Shown: positions 27,431-43,039, counted from the first letter of the stretch. The stretch is 64,000 nt of DNA from Eledone cirrhosa (GCA_964016885.1 OZ024743.1:346270001-346334000), one strand, 5' to 3'. The notes: generated by a model from the sequence alone, not told the origin. A program made the numbers and translations.

Positions 27431-30112
27431 ATTTTAACTTTATAATTTTAAATCACACCGGAGTCTTATTTACTTTTAATTTTATTTGGAATAATGTATT
27501 AATTAAATAAACTTTAGTTTGTTGGGCTCCCTGTCGTAGGATGTTGGCTCAATTACTGAAGTGAATGGCGTAAGTAAAGGATACTATATTTCATGATGCT
27601 CGAGTTTCCTTAGCTGCAAAAACGAGTAGCAATACTGGCCTATGTTTAACCCTACCCTCACTCGCTTCAGTGCTAGAATTTTCCTATCTATCTTTACATT
27701 TGCACAACTTAAATAGAGACCCTGATTATATATGTTTATAACCTGGCGGTTCGACAGATGAAGATCGATAAAATAGGTATGCACAATGATCTAAACCTCT
27801 GAAAATGGTGTCGCAATATGTCTACTGTCAAATGTCAGCAAACTGTAAAATAGTAAAAAAAAAAAAAGTTTTCTTTTTGTCAGTTTTGAAAGTGAACTTG
27901 CATGTGAGAGGAGTAAATTGCCTCAGCGTAGTACGAGAGCGAAATAAATAAATAAAAAGAGAGTTACATCTTGTAAAAAAAAGCAAGTGACAGAAGACAG
28001 AAGCAGGGGACAGAAGCATGGAGTATGGTGGCATTAATAGGGGAGTTGTAGAAAGTGTAGGAAATGGAAGATAACGTAGGAAAGAAGAAAGTGTGAGTGA
28101 GCCTACAAAAGAAATATATGGTGGAGTTAGAGAAGCCTGAGGAGGAAATGAAAAGGCAGGGATGGAAGTACGAGAGAGAGAGAGAGATGAGTTGAAGCAA
28201 TACAAGGAGAAATATGAATGAGAAGGGGAAAGCATGAGATTAAACGACGGCAGAATTACTGGAGATACGGTCACAAATGGTGGTGCTGTATTATCATCGA
28301 TAATTACCGGAACATTTCAGATAATCTTAGAGGTCTTGCAACGAATCAAAATATAAATCTAAACAAGGAAATACGTGTTCCCTTCCCGCATGTTCAATAA
28401 TTTTATATTTTTCTTTCTTTTTTTTCCATTTATCGTTCTGGTAATTCTGAAGCGTAAAATATTGGCGAATTACACAGGAAAGCACTATTGTAATGTATAG
28501 TGTGTTACTTTCTGGTTTCTTTCGCTCAACTGAATTGATTAAAACAGACGACCATTGCCGCCATGTCGCAAAGATATCCTTTGTTAAATGAGAGGAGGTG
28601 GTAAGAGATAGAAACCGCGAAGATGATAATAAAGTCATTATCGGAGACAACAATGATGTTGATGATGTTGATAGTAGAGAAGTGATCGAAAATGACAACC
28701 ACGACGATTATTGGAAAAAGAAGAAATGAGAAAAAGTATACATAAAAAGAGAGAGCGAGAGAAATGTAATTGTCATAATGCCTATTAATACAAAAGAAAC
28801 ACAACAGCAAAAATAAACATAACAGTTAAAATGATGGATCGTCAATTCATGAAAATAGTGTATCATTAGTTAAAGGGTCAATGTTTAATATTACATTAAC
28901 AACATTGTGATCCGTTAGAAGTCAAATTACTTAACCTTGCTGACCCTGTGTTTATATGTGCAAATATGTGTGCCTTGTTAACATATGTAAACAGCAGATA
29001 CATTGTGTGACTCATAAATGCTTTGTTAACATGATTTTTTAAGCTGACTACAGTCTTTGTGCTGTGTGTATCTTGGATAAATCTCCCTGAGTGCCTTCCC
29101 TACATATCAGTATGGATGTAGCAAAGAAACACTCCTGAACATAAGATTCCTTGAACTTTCTTCAATTAACGAGTCTAGATATTTCACCTTTTATATCGTA
29201 ATAAATGCTATGCATAGCAGAATTTATGGTGCTAATCCAAATACCGTCTCGTATATCCCTTTATTTTTTATGTTCCATTCATGTCACCTTTGATTCTACT
29301 CCTACACACGCTGTTGACTTCACTTGTTTCAGTTAGTTCTGACTTTCTACTCCATCCCGGGGCTCACAAAAATATTGATTTTCATTTAATCGATTACATT
29401 GCTGTAGATATTTATGAGGATAATCATCAATTCCATTGGTCGTCACAAACCTCTTCAGTCATCTTTCAAACTATATTCATCTCTTCCCCTGTTCCAACTC
29501 ATTTGGCTTTAAATGCCATTTCTTCATATATTAGTGGAGACTGGGCAAAATCTGATGGGCAAAATCTAGAATTTCATTTTTGTATGGTTCAGTAACATAA
29601 ATAAAGCTTTTCAAGGAAACAAAAGAAAAACAAACAATATGATGCTAATACATTACGATCAGAAATTGTCCTTTTTCCAGATGCGGATTTTTCAATTATA
29701 TTTTACACCAATTGCCTGTTGCATTACAAAACGCATAATAGGATACCAATTAGTATATCACAATTTCACCAAGCTTATGTCATGTATCATTTCCTCTCAA
29801 AGGTAGTTTTCTTCCATGACGAAGATCTAGCTGATATCTTTCCAAGTGTTGAAGTTCTTAGATTATATTTGAGCTTGGTTGTCTCTAATGCTTCAACAGG
29901 GGGACTAATTAGTACCGGTAAAGATCTACCTGATAACCAGAATGATTGCTGAAAGAGCGTAGAGAGCGGTGTTTTATAGATAATGCTATTTGCAAATGTT
30001 ATTAAAGTTTTTTTCAGCAGCGAAATGCAGAAAGAAAGACTTTTTGTTGGGGTTGTAGTCATATACAGCCATAACTCATCTGCAATACCAGTTTCAAAAG
30101 TGCCGGCTGTCA

Positions 30113-31010
30113 ACAGGTGAAGCAACCTGTGAGGTTCGGTAGCCTCGGCCTCCGATCCGTATCAGATCTAACACTGCCCGCCTCGCTCTTCTCAATCTCC
30201 TCCAGTCGAACCCTCATCAGCGAGGTCCTCAGCCTGAAGGGTCAACCTGGCATGACTCCAAAATGGAGCAAACCCTGGCCGATTGGACAATCGAAGGCCT
30301 CTCTGAGCCCCATTATACAAATGTCTACCTTCAGGCGGATCATGACTGGCTTAGACTAACACAGCCTCGCCTGCGTTCGTTCCACCTTGCAGTTAAAAAG
30401 TTGCGCGGGGCTCAATTCGGTGCGCTCCGTATCAACCGGTTCCCTTGATGATGATGAGTATACTCGCATCAGTGTAACCCAATGCCTCAGCCTCCACATG
30501 TGTGAGGGAATTAAATGCCGTTGTTTGGTCTGCAGCCATTATCACATAGCCAGAGCATAGTTCGGTTTCCCCGACATTCAAATGTCAAGGAAATGATGAG
30601 AAAATGTCGACGCAGCTGGCTCCTCGTCACTAGTTGGAGCCCTTGACCGTGGAGATGACAATTGCCACGGCGGAATTACCCTCTTCCCTTTCTGGGACGC
30701 AACATACTGTGACACGTTCTCCGACTCTAACTTAGTTGCCTCGTTTACAAATCCCCGTACGTGGCTCACAATGCAAAGGACAGGAAAACAAGAAAATACG
30801 GGAACCTGTCTGGCCGCTTCCTCCTTGCACCGGTTGCCATCGATACATTAGGCATCCTTGGACACCAGACAGTTGACCTCTGTAAAATTGAAACAATAGA
30901 AGCTTGTCTAAGGAAGGAGACAAGTGATATGGTGATGGCTGTTGCAGTATGTGTCGCTAACCATTGTGCATGGAAATGCTTTTGCCATTTGATCCTAGGT
31001 GCGCAGATGA
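30113..31010 (+). mobile_element. CRE-like (restriction-like endonuclease) non-LTR retrotransposon remnant
   Basis: QPVRFGSLGLRSVSDL, CEGIKCRC, RFPRH, GITLFPFWDATYCDTF, RKYGNLSGRFLLAPVAIDTLGILG: RT C-terminus, Zn knuckle and RLE motifs, frameshifted. Confidence 0.7.
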
Positions 31011-31260
31011 AACGCCCCTCTAATCTAGGTGTAGAGAATGTCACCCTTTCCGCTTTCTTTATTTCTTTGTCTATTAGTTATTGCTCCTTCCCTCCTTTTC
31101 CTCTCCTTTATGAATAAATATAGTAGATTAACCATTGGTATAATAGGGAAAGAATATGTATAATCATATATATATATATATATGTTCTCGATATCACTAC
31201 TTCAACGAGCACATGTGAGATGAAAGTATATTTTAGTGACGATGGCTGATATGGGTATCT

Positions 31261-31564
31261 GATTCTAAATTGATAAAGAATTGAATATTAACTGTATACT
31301 TTGTGAAAAGTCCTATGGAATTTATGGAGGCAGATAGAAAATAAATCTGTACGTCTATTTATTATAGAATCTAGGTTAGAGATAATGGTAAATTTTTCAT
31401 TTAGGCAGAGATTACAGATTTTAGATAGAGAGCTGTTCAAGTATGAGGATGCAGAAGAAACCTTCTTCCAAAAGATGGTATATTTAATGTTTTTGTCTTT
31501 TAAGGACCATATGAGTTTTCACAAAGTATACAGTTAATATTCAATTCTTTATCAATTTAGAATC
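31261..31564. repeat. Inverted repeat, ~58 bp arms (49 bp perfect), ~190 bp spacer
   Basis: GATTCTAAATTGATAAAGAATTGAATATTAACTGTATACTTTGTGAAAA, with its reverse complement at 31516-31564. Confidence 0.9.
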
Positions 31565-32550
31565 TTTTCTCAAAGGCACATATACATACACCTCTTTAAA
31601 ATATACCCATCTTCCCACCTTACTTTAAAGGGCATTATACACTCTATAATACTTGTTTACTCATTACCCTCATTCTATCTTCACCTTGTAAAATCCTTCA
31701 TAACATATACATTTATTTTTTTGACGTTAGAATATTCATCCGCAATCATTATTATTTTTTCTCTCTATCATAAATATTTTTAATCTCAATTTCATCCTTA
31801 ATTTATTATTATTATTATTTTTTTTTTTTTCTCCCCATCAACGAACTCATTCTTAATACATATTAACTCTTTATTCGCATATATTTTCAATTCCTTCAAT
31901 ATACAAACTTTAACTTCACATTATTTTTCTCAAATCCTTCTACACACAAACCTTAATAATTTTTCTCTTCGTTAATTTTGAAATTGCCACAATACTTATC
32001 AACACACACTTTTTTTGACGTTAGAATATTCATCCACAATTATTATTTTTTCTCTCTATCTTCATACATAAATTCCCTTCGTTAATTTGCAAATTCCTTT
32101 AATTTATGTAAAACAATATATCTTTTTCTCAGTTATAAAAACTATCACTTTCTCTCTATCACCCATCTCTCCCTCTCCACCTTCACTCTCATCTCCTCCC
32201 CCTTTTTTCATCCCCCCCCCCTCCATAAATAAAATATTCTCTCCTCGCACATATCCTCCCTTCGTTAATTTCAAATTTTTAATTTATACATTATCTTCCA
32301 ACGGTTTTCAACCTCTCTATGTAAAACAATATATCTCCTCTCAGTTATAAAAACTATCTCTTTCTTTCTCTCTATCACCCATCTCTCCCTCTCATCTCCT
32401 CCCCTTTTTCATCCTTTCCACCCACCCCACCCCCCTCTCTAAATAAAATATTTTTCCCAATATCACACATCAATCTAAAACCACTTTTCATATGTTGATT
32501 TAAATCTGCACTATCCACAAGTGTTTTTTAGCCTTCATATCATGTTCTCC

Positions 32551-32621
32551 TGTTTTATCTGATGAAAACACAAATATTATTGCATGATGATGTTTGTTTT
32601 TGAAATGCGCATAATAAAATA
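32551..32621 (+). ncRNA. Minimal type I hammerhead ribozyme motif with palindromic stem III
   Basis: tgttttat CTGATGA [stem II acaaatat/atgtttgt] GAAA tgcgca TA ataaaata. Stem I is 8 bp; a homolog lies on - at 44747-44811. Confidence 0.8.
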
Positions 32622-32649
32622 CATGGAACTCCTTTAACCATCTTTTGAT

Positions 32650-32819
<170 letters not shown>

Positions 32820-32914
32820 GAGAGACAGTGAGAAAGTCTGTTCTGTTGTGACCGGGATTTTACCTATCTCTCTCTTCCTTTCTCTCTCTCTCTCCCTCCC
32901 CCTTATCTCCCCCT

Positions 32915-32946
<32 letters not shown>

Positions 32947-33554
32947 TCTCTCTCTCTACACACACACATATATATATATATATATATGTATCAACTTTTC
33001 TATTAAATAATCATGGTTGAATAAGTGTGACATTAGAGAAATAATTGACTGTATATTACGGCTATCTGCTTTTGTTATATTTAAATGTACACATGGGACA
33101 CACGTTCTCGCCTTCATTTATCGCATGAAAGATATACACATGTATACAAGCACTCAAACGTTTGGACGCATACACATACCTGAATAAGTATATATATCTA
33201 TGCATACACTCATGCATAGAAATGTATTCGCATATAATAGATTTATATTTGTAAATCTGTGCATGTGTATATGTTTGGATGAATAAATGCATTGGTATAT
33301 ATATATATTTATGTGTGTGTGTATGTAAATATGTATGCATGTATGTTTGCATGTATATATGTATGTAAGTAAGTATTATTTGTGCATGTGTATGTATTTG
33401 TTAGTGAGTTTCTGAGTTTTTAAATTAATTTATGTTACTGCTAATTCGTATGTATTCATGTGTGACTTGATGTGTCTATCTATCTATCTATCTATCTATC
33501 TATATATCTATCTATCTATCTATCTATCTATAAACCCCTCTATCTCTCTCTTTC

Positions 33555-33619
<65 letters not shown>

Positions 33620-34648
33620 ATATATATATATATATATATGTGTGTATATATATATATATATGTATATGTGTGTGTGTATGTGTGTGTATGTGTGTGTGTG
33701 TGTGTGTGTGCGTGTGTTTGTGCGTAGGTGTGTATATATCTGTGTCTGCTGTGTGTGTGTGTTTGTTTGTATATGTATGGTCCCTCTCTGTGTATGAACG
33801 CGAGAGTGCGTTTATTTATTGATGCGTGGTTCAATTTATGTATGTGTGTACGTATGTATGAGTATATTCACGCATCCATGTATATATGTATGATATCAGT
33901 GTGTAATATATGTGTAAATGTCAGAATATCACAAGAGATCAATATGTTTGTATGTTTTGTCTTTATATCCGCCTGTCCTGTCCTTAACACATGACGAAGA
34001 CAAAGAGAATGATAGATGAATGGAGACAGCAGAGGAGTGGGATACTGAAAAAAGAAGTAAGAAAATGAAATGAAGCTACAGAAAGAATGAGAGAGAGGGG
34101 GCGAGTGTTTGAAAGAGGAAGTAATATTTAATATAGTAAGACGCTCATAAATTTCCGATGTTCAGTGTGTCGACAGTTCTTGGCAGACTCTTTGGACACT
34201 AACGCTAAATGCATTATAATCTTACCATCTGCGCGATGTTGTCATTGTTTTGAATCTTGTAGTTCTGAACAGCTTTAAAATTACTGCCAGAGAAAGGGAA
34301 AAGTATGGGGAAGATGTGACACATAGAGTGAGAGAGGGATGAGAATGGTATGAGGTGAATGTAATGAGAGAGGGAAAGAGACGTGAGGGAAATTGAGAAT
34401 GGGATCAGAGGAAGAGTGAGGGGGTTACCTTAACTTGAGTGAGAGTAAAAGATGCATGCAATGGATGCAATGGATGCAATGAGAGGGTGGTGTGATAATA
34501 CAGAGAAGAGAGGGATAAGAAAGAAGGGAGAGTGTCTGTCTAGGAGAGCGAAAGATGAAAAAGGAATAAAGAAAAATTAGTGATCGAACTAACAACCAGG
34601 CGTTTAGATCAACTAAGATTGAGGAACCGAGGATTTACAAATATATAA

Positions 34649-34753
<105 letters not shown>

Positions 34754-34978
34754 AATGGTGGGAAATAAATACGGGGTATTGAGAAATGAGATGGTGACAG
34801 AGCTAAAAACAATATAAGAAACGGCAACAGTAAGTATGAATAAATAGCATGAAGGAAGAAAGGTCGCCACAGATACAGACTTATACTCTGACTCATACAC
34901 ACACACACACACACACATACACGCAGGGGCACGCACACACACGCATGTATATATATATATATATAGATAGATAAATAT

Positions 34979-35063
34979 ATAGGAAAAAGTATGACCTCGA
35001 CGGCAGAGCTCAAGCCGTTTTGACGGCTATTTCTGGACTAGTCCAGAAATAGCCGTCGAAACG
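34979..35063. repeat. Short fold-back element, family C (right arm truncated)
   Basis: GACGGCTATTTCTGGACT|AGTCCAGAAATAGCCGTC is a loop-less palindrome between (TA)n tracts; homolog at 44554-44670. Confidence 0.85.
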
Positions 35064-35099
35064 TCATATATATGTATCTACATACATATATACAAACAC

Positions 35100-35164
<65 letters not shown>

Positions 35165-35204
35165 ATATATATATATATACATATACATACATACATACAC
35201 ACAC

Positions 35205-35275
<71 letters not shown>

Positions 35276-35537
35276 GAGAGAGGGGAGAGATAGGGAGGGA
35301 GGGAGAGAGAGAAGTAGAGAGAGAAAGAGAAGGGTGTGGTGTAGAAAGTTAGACACACGGCAAAGGGATGATCAGAATCATGGTAGATGTGTGTGCGCAT
35401 GTGTGTAAGAGAAGAAGGGGAGATGGAATTGTGTAGAGACGAAAGACTGTCAAGAAAGTAATATGACAGAAGCAAAGCAGGCAAATCTGATGAAACAACT
35501 AGTGAAGCGTTTATTGACAAACAACCTCATTGAGCAA

Positions 35538-35538
35538 T

Positions 35539-35593
<55 letters not shown>

Positions 35594-35612
35594 CCATCTT
35601 CATTCTCATCAT

Positions 35613-35644
<32 letters not shown>

Positions 35645-35665
35645 TCATCATCATCATCGTCATCG

Positions 35666-35700
<35 letters not shown>

Positions 35701-35751
35701 GTCATCATCACCATCATCATCTTCATCATCATCGTCGTCATTGTCATCATC

Positions 35752-35799
<48 letters not shown>

Positions 35800-36012
35800 G
35801 TCATCACCATCGTCATCATCATCATCGTCATCATGATCATGATCATCATCATCACCATCATCATCACCATCATCATCATCGTCATCATCATCGTCATTGT
35901 CATCATCATCGTCATCATCATCATCATCATCGTAATCATCACGATAGCCAACACTGCCATAAATATAATCCTTATCATCATAATCGTCATCATCATCATC
36001 ACCATCATCAGC
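35538..36012. repeat. (CAT)n microsatellite
   Basis: Direct reading; source of the poly-H/M/D/I pseudo-ORFs. Confidence 0.95.
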
Positions 36013-36131
36013 AGCATTACTAATAGTATTGTTATTATGGCACAAGGCCAGCAATTACCCAGTGCATAAGTACCAGTAATGCACTGGGTTATTGCTGGCC
36101 AAAAGTAGAAACAATTATTATTGTTATTATT

Positions 36132-36325
36132 GATTGGCAGTATCGGTAGAGGGTCGGACGCCATGTTTTGACGCATTGAGTTACGGCCCTTGCCATTCTG
36201 AGTTCAAATCCCGCCGAGGTTAACTTTGCCTTTCATCCTTACAGGGTTAATAAAATAAAGTACCAGTAATACACTGGATTAACTGCTGGCCTTGCGCCAA
36301 CACGTAGAAACAATTATTATTATTA
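36132..36325 (+). mobile_element. Meta-domain SINE copy, preceded by an inverted pair of SINE tails at 36038-36120
   Basis: Same family as 4931. Confidence 0.85.
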
Positions 36326-36395
36326 TTAATATTATAAATTTTTATTTTTGTTTTCCGCTAAAATGTTGTTCTCTTTGCTAATGTTATTGATCTTT

Positions 36396-36642
<247 letters not shown>

Positions 36643-36914
36643 TTTACCTACACATTATTTTTCATTATATAATTTTCTAATTTAATTATTTTTATATATA
36701 TTGAACGTCATATTTTGTAATTTTTCTATATTGCACATATATGTCTAGTTCATTTATTACGCTTATCCTCAATAATCTTTTACACCTAGGTTTTGTTATT
36801 GTTATTGTTGCTGATGATGGTGGTTGTGGTTGAGGTGTGAAAGTGATGTTCAGGGAGTAGTTGTTCCTGTGTGCACTGAGAAAACATATATATATATATA
36901 TATATATAAATATG

Positions 36915-37031
<117 letters not shown>

Positions 37032-37095
37032 TAATATATATATATAAATATGTATATATGTATATATATATGTATATATATATATATGTATATAA

Positions 37096-37153
<58 letters not shown>

Positions 37154-37234
37154 ATATGAGTGTGTGTGTGTGTGCGCGCGCGCGCGTATGTGTATGTATG
37201 ATGTATGTATGTACGTATGTGTGTCTATGTATGC

Positions 37235-37298
<64 letters not shown>

Positions 37299-37585
37299 AA
37301 TGCTGGGGAGGGGTTGAGAGTGATAAACAGTCAAGCAGACAATCATTTATAGGGACACAGAATATAACGGGCTTGGTTTGGCTATATTATTAGGGTTCCG
37401 GCAAGGGCGTGGTCATTGTTGTTAGGGAAGCATGACAAGTGTTCCAATATTTTGCCATGGACAGTGTTATGAATGCTTCTCAATGAACTGCAGTCTTTTC
37501 ATACACGCCCAACAACTAAAATTGTCCTCTAATTATCAATATGCATATAAATAAACTAAACATACAAACACATACACACTCATAC

Positions 37586-37634
<49 letters not shown>

Positions 37635-37668
37635 CGTATATATGTATATATATATATATATGTTCGTA

Positions 37669-37739
<71 letters not shown>

Positions 37740-37781
37740 TTATACGTATGTACATAACAAATTGTTTGTCTGTGCGTATAA

Positions 37782-37826
<45 letters not shown>

Positions 37827-38664
37827 TGTTTGTGTGTATTAGTGGGCATTCTGTTATGGGGGAATGAATTTAATACAGGGAAATTGAAGAATACGTTTGT
37901 GGATATAGTTATTGTATAGAGTTTGTTAGGGTGTAGGAGATAGGGTTAGCTGCGGCGTGGTCCTGTTGACGCTCAAATGAGTATTTAAGCATGTAAGAAA
38001 TATGTTAATCAATTTATTTGTTTATATATATATATATAAGTATGTATGTAAGTATATATATATATATATAGCATCATCATTCAGAAAAATCTATATTAAA
38101 AACGGTAGACCACAAAATATAGACGAACATAAAATACATAGGAAGTGTTCGAAAATGAACAACAAATAATGTGAAATATATCAACAGATAAAATTAACTG
38201 AGAGAAATAAAAAAAAAATGTGGAGACGTTGGAGCGGAAAAAGAGAGAAAAGTGGAGAAATGTAATAAGATATATTAAAAATATAATTATTTTTTCTTTC
38301 TTTAAGTAGAAAGAGAATATATTTTGGATATATAGACCGAATAAGCAGAGGGAAGTGACAATATAAATAGGGTGAGGGCGGAAATGGGTGATGAATGTGG
38401 GAAGAGTCGAGTTGGGCGGAAGGTAAATTATAAAAGATATGGAGGGTTGTTTAGATAGAAAGAAAGGATGTCAATAAAAATAATATGAAAATGGAATACG
38501 AATTATGTGGAAATGAGAAATGACGTGTGAAATGGAGATAAGTTCATGTAAAATGTATTGCGGGGTGGTGAATGTTTTCGAAATGCTTCCAAATTCATTT
38601 ATATGTGATATGCATGCCTGTCTATCTGTAAGCATGTATGTATGTGTATGTATGTATGTGTGTG

Positions 38665-38748
<84 letters not shown>

Positions 38749-38818
38749 CATATACGTATACATATATATATATTATGTATGCATATATGTATATACATAC
38801 AGACATACAGACACATAA

Positions 38819-38929
<111 letters not shown>

Positions 38930-39223
38930 GGGAAGAAAGAAGAAAACTGCGTGGTTGCACATGGGTTACATATTATAAAATTAGTCCCTCATCATTGATT
39001 TGCCAACCATCATTGGTATTTCATCGCATTATATACATACATATATATGTGTATATATAATACAGTATCTAGAGAAGAAAACCAAAACGGGGTTATGATT
39101 TCATTTACAATGGGTAGAGTATCATAAAATTACATGGGATTAACGCGAGTCTTTAACTCAGTTTTTTCAATATATATACAGAAAGAGAGAGAGAGAGAGA
39201 GGGGGGAGAGAGAGTGTGAGAGC

Positions 39224-39318
<95 letters not shown>

Positions 39319-40221
39319 CAGGATTTTATGTATAACCACACTTTAAGAAAATAGAAAAATTGAAAAATCACTTAATCTTTCAATAATTCATTTAAAATGA
39401 ATTTCTACAATGAAAAATGCACAATGACTTCGAAGTTTTAGCAGGTATCTTTCTTTTCAGACCAGTCTGAAGATGATCTCAGACAAACCTCCGAAGACAT
39501 TGTCAAATCTTTCTGCATGGTTTTTCGATTCATTTTCTTTTTCTTTCTCCCTCCATTTCCCACAGCTTCTTATTTTTACAGTTCTTTCCCTTCCTATTTC
39601 TCACCTACATTTATTTTTCTCTCTCCTTTTTTACTTGTTATCTATTTCTTCTCTTATCGTCTATGCCTCTCCTTTTTTCTATACTATTGTCATAGTTGAG
39701 AACTCACATCCAAAACATTATAATCACTCTTAAGAGTTCTGTTTCTTTTAAAGTTTTTAGGTATAAGACATCCATGGTAGTGATTTTATTGTTCATTAAC
39801 GCTTGATCCATTGACATTCTAATATAGGATTTCCCTTGCACGCTATAGGGTTCTTATACTTTTAAACGCTGGATGACAGCTTGACTTGATGTGGGGCAGC
39901 GAATTCAATAATTGAAGCATGCTGACGAAATTCTTCATATTTGTGTACCCCGCGTAAATGATCCAGTTGTCATATGATGGTGTTAAACCAGGTGATGATT
40001 GAAAACTACAACCCAAGATGTTGTCACTGGGATTTAAAATCAAAACGAAAAGAGCAAGAATGAATACTACATGGCAACAAATAAAACAGCTGAAAACCCA
40101 AGTTAAAATATTTCAATCTATACAAATCTACAATGAAACGGATCCTAACCTGAATAATCTTTCACATTGTAGATCCAATTACATTTTTTCCCGTTGTGTT
40201 AGTACCAACACCATACATCAA

Positions 40222-40274
<53 letters not shown>

Positions 40275-40275
<1 letters not shown>

Positions 40276-41835
40276 GTTTGAATATGTGTAATAAAGCCAA
40301 AACAATGCAGGTATGGACATAGAAAAAAGAATGCAATTGTAAAAGTTATTGTTGACAATTCGTCCTTTACCTTAGATTTATTTAAATGTCCTTAATTTTC
40401 GAGATAATATCTCTTCTTCAGAGGGAAATAAAGGTCTCAAACCAGCGTTCTAAATATCTTGCCAAGCCATGCTGACAGGAAATAGTATAGAGTATCTGTT
40501 CTATCTCTAATGTCAAAGAGTTAAAATTAGGTGGATAAAGAGTAGTCTCCCTTTAAAAGGGGTTTGTTTAGGGGTTTTTTGTTTCTTTTAAATATTTTAT
40601 ATACATGCCTGTATAAGTGTGTGGGAGAATGCATGAAGGTGTAAGTATGTGAGTGTGTGTGTGTGTGAGTGTGAGAAGATGAATCTATTCGTAAATGTGG
40701 GGGATAGGTGTTATCTGATGTTAGAACTGGTTATGTGTGTGTATGTGTGAGAGAGAATAAGTGGATGTGTAAGCGTGTGTGTGTGCGCGTGCCTGTGTGT
40801 GTGGGGGGGGGGGGGGGTAAATATGGGGCTAGAAGCCCTATCAGGTTATAAATTGGGTGTTGAGTTCTAGTCTATTATTGATTGGTGGTTGTGTTTTATC
40901 TATAATTAGTGCTTCCTTAATTCTAAGATTGCCGAGGTTTCTTTCCTTAGTTTCTATCCTAACTGTTATGGTTTTGTCGGTGTTTTTGCATTTAACTAGG
41001 TGTTTCTTAAAAGAGGAAGCGTTAGTATTGAGGTGTTCTTTTATTCTTATGTGGAGTGGTCTGGTGGTGCTACCTACGTAGAAGTTGTTGCATTTGTCAC
41101 ACTCTAGTCTGTATACGACGTAAGCCTGGTGGCATAGGTCTGTGTCGTTGATGGGGCAGTTGGCTAGTCTGCAGCAGTTATCATGTCTGGTGGAGTGTCT
41201 CTTGGCCAGCCGTCCGCGCAGAGAAGGACCCGAGTGGGCCAGTTGGATATCCAGTCACTCTCGTCTGATGGCTCTTTGGATGGCTGTTGTTGTTTCTTCA
41301 CTGAAGTGTGGGAGCTTCAGGAAGCAAGTGTTAGTGCCTCGGGTGTGGTGTCCTCTGTTCTTTCTGGCACGGTTTGTGGTGGATGTCGTGTATCCGTTCA
41401 GTTTGAGTACTTCCAGGAAATGTGTGGTGTGTGTGTCTCGGTCTCTAGCGTCGGTGCATTTGTTCCGGATACGTGCCAGTTCGTCCTTATGTATCCGAAC
41501 TTGGCACCGAGTGGGAGGGCCGATTTGAAATGTACGAACAGGTCCCTGCTGGCGGCTTTTTTATAGAAGCAGGTGTGGATGTTGCCTTCCTCTGTTACCC
41601 TGAGTTGGAAGTCCAGTAGGGATAGGGATCCGCGGTCATCGGGGTATTCCATGCTGAACTTTATACTGGCGTCCATGCTGGAGAATGTTGTGTATATTTT
41701 ATCTGCCTCCTCACGGGATGATGTAAGGATGAGTATGTCATCTACATATCGGGTGAAGAAGGCATGGGAATGGCAGGTGTTGAGGGCTCAGCATTCTAGC
41801 TGGTTCATGTAGGTGATGGTCAGCAGGCCCGATAG
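40275..41835 (-). mobile_element. Penelope-like element (RT C-terminal half, GIY-YIG endonuclease, 3'UTR/pLTR), 5'-truncated
   Basis: FFTRYVDDILIL..IKFSMEYPD..LSLLDFQL..FYKK (PLE RT). VVYRLECDKCNNFYVGSTTRPLHIRIKEHL..LRIKEALIIDKTQPPINN (GIY-YIG), with stop at 40841-40843. The 3' end abuts (TA)n. Confidence 0.92.
40387..40427 (-). ncRNA. Ultra-minimal hammerhead motif in the Penelope 3'UTR
   Basis: ttccct CTGAAGA a-gagat-att-atctc GAAA at TA aggaca; stem III is reduced to palindromic AAUU. Confidence 0.65.
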
Positions 41836-41995
41836 ATTTTAGAAGGCTGCGTTGTATTTATGATTTAGAGGGGAGTTCGTTTCCCAAGCTTGGCTGGTAG
41901 AACATCTCTTCTAAATGTTGTTAAGGTGTAGGTAGACAATTAAGCAAAAAGAACATACCTCGAGATTATATGTACATGAATATTTTAATCAGAGA

Positions 41996-42558
41996 AATTA
42001 ACAAAACAGGTTATCATATCAGTTGCTCCTAGGTTGGTAATTCGTAATTATCATTAATTGGCGGTCTTCAATTTTCCCGTGACCGCATGGTGTGCTATCG
42101 CTGTTTCGCCACCGTGAAACGCGTCTGTTCGCTTCTAGAGACAAGAGTCGAAGAGAGAATTTATTCAGCTACTGACGTAAGAACTATGGGCAGATAGACT
42201 GCCTCCAAAGTCAAAGCTAGGTGGCGTGATGTTCTACATGGCCCCCCACCATATTTTTAGAAAAAGAAATAAAAATAGGTTCATCGGACCATGTATGTAG
42301 AAAGACGATGAGCAATTAACAAAACAGGTTATCATATCAGTTGTTCCGAGGTTGGTAATTCGTAATTATCATTATTTGGCGGTCTTTAATTATCCCGTGA
42401 CCGCATGGTGTGCTATGGCTGTTTCGCCACCTTGAAACGCGTCTGTTCGCCTCTAGAGACAAAAGTCGAAGAGAGAGTTTATTCAGCTACTAACGTCAGA
42501 ACTAAGGGCAGTTAATCGACTGCCTCCAAAGTCAAAGCTAGGTGGCGTGATCTTCTAC
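41996..42558. repeat. Tandem duplication, period ~319 bp (about 1.8 units)
   Basis: AATTAACAAAACAGGTTATCATATCAGTTG...CAAAGTCAAAGCTAGGTGGCGTGAT.TTCTACAT occurs at 41996 and 42315 with scattered substitutions. Confidence 0.9.
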
Positions 42559-43039
42559 ATATATATATATATATTTGAGTGAGTGCGTGTGTGTTTGTAT
42601 ATGTATATATAGATATATACATATGTGTGTATATAATATATATATATATATATATATGAATATGCAAAGTACACATCCACATATAACTACGCACACATAA
42701 ACTCACACACTTATATATATATATATATATTTGTGTGTGTGTGTGTGTGTCTGTATATGTATATATAGATATATACATATGTGTGTATGTAATATATATA
42801 TATATTTATACATACATGTTGTGGGGGCAAGGATGTTACCCAAGGTGATTTTATTGATATCATTCGTACATATATAACAATGGATACTTACACGCAATCT
42901 ACCGTGGACCTGAATATAAAGCAAAGAATTAGAAAACAATAGCAATGATTTCCGTATGTCCAGATATATGAGCACACGTGAGTCTTAGCGTATAAATGTG
43001 TATATCTATGTATCTATCTATGTATCTATCTATATATCT

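Noticed and set aside
35463-36176. Long His/Met/Asp/Ile-rich ORFs (also the poly-Ser/Val/Leu ORFs at 9172-9595, 18399-18977 and 60223-61007, and all YI/CV/HT ORFs)
   Set aside because: They are translations of microsatellites that lack stop codons in several frames; there is no sign of real coding sequence
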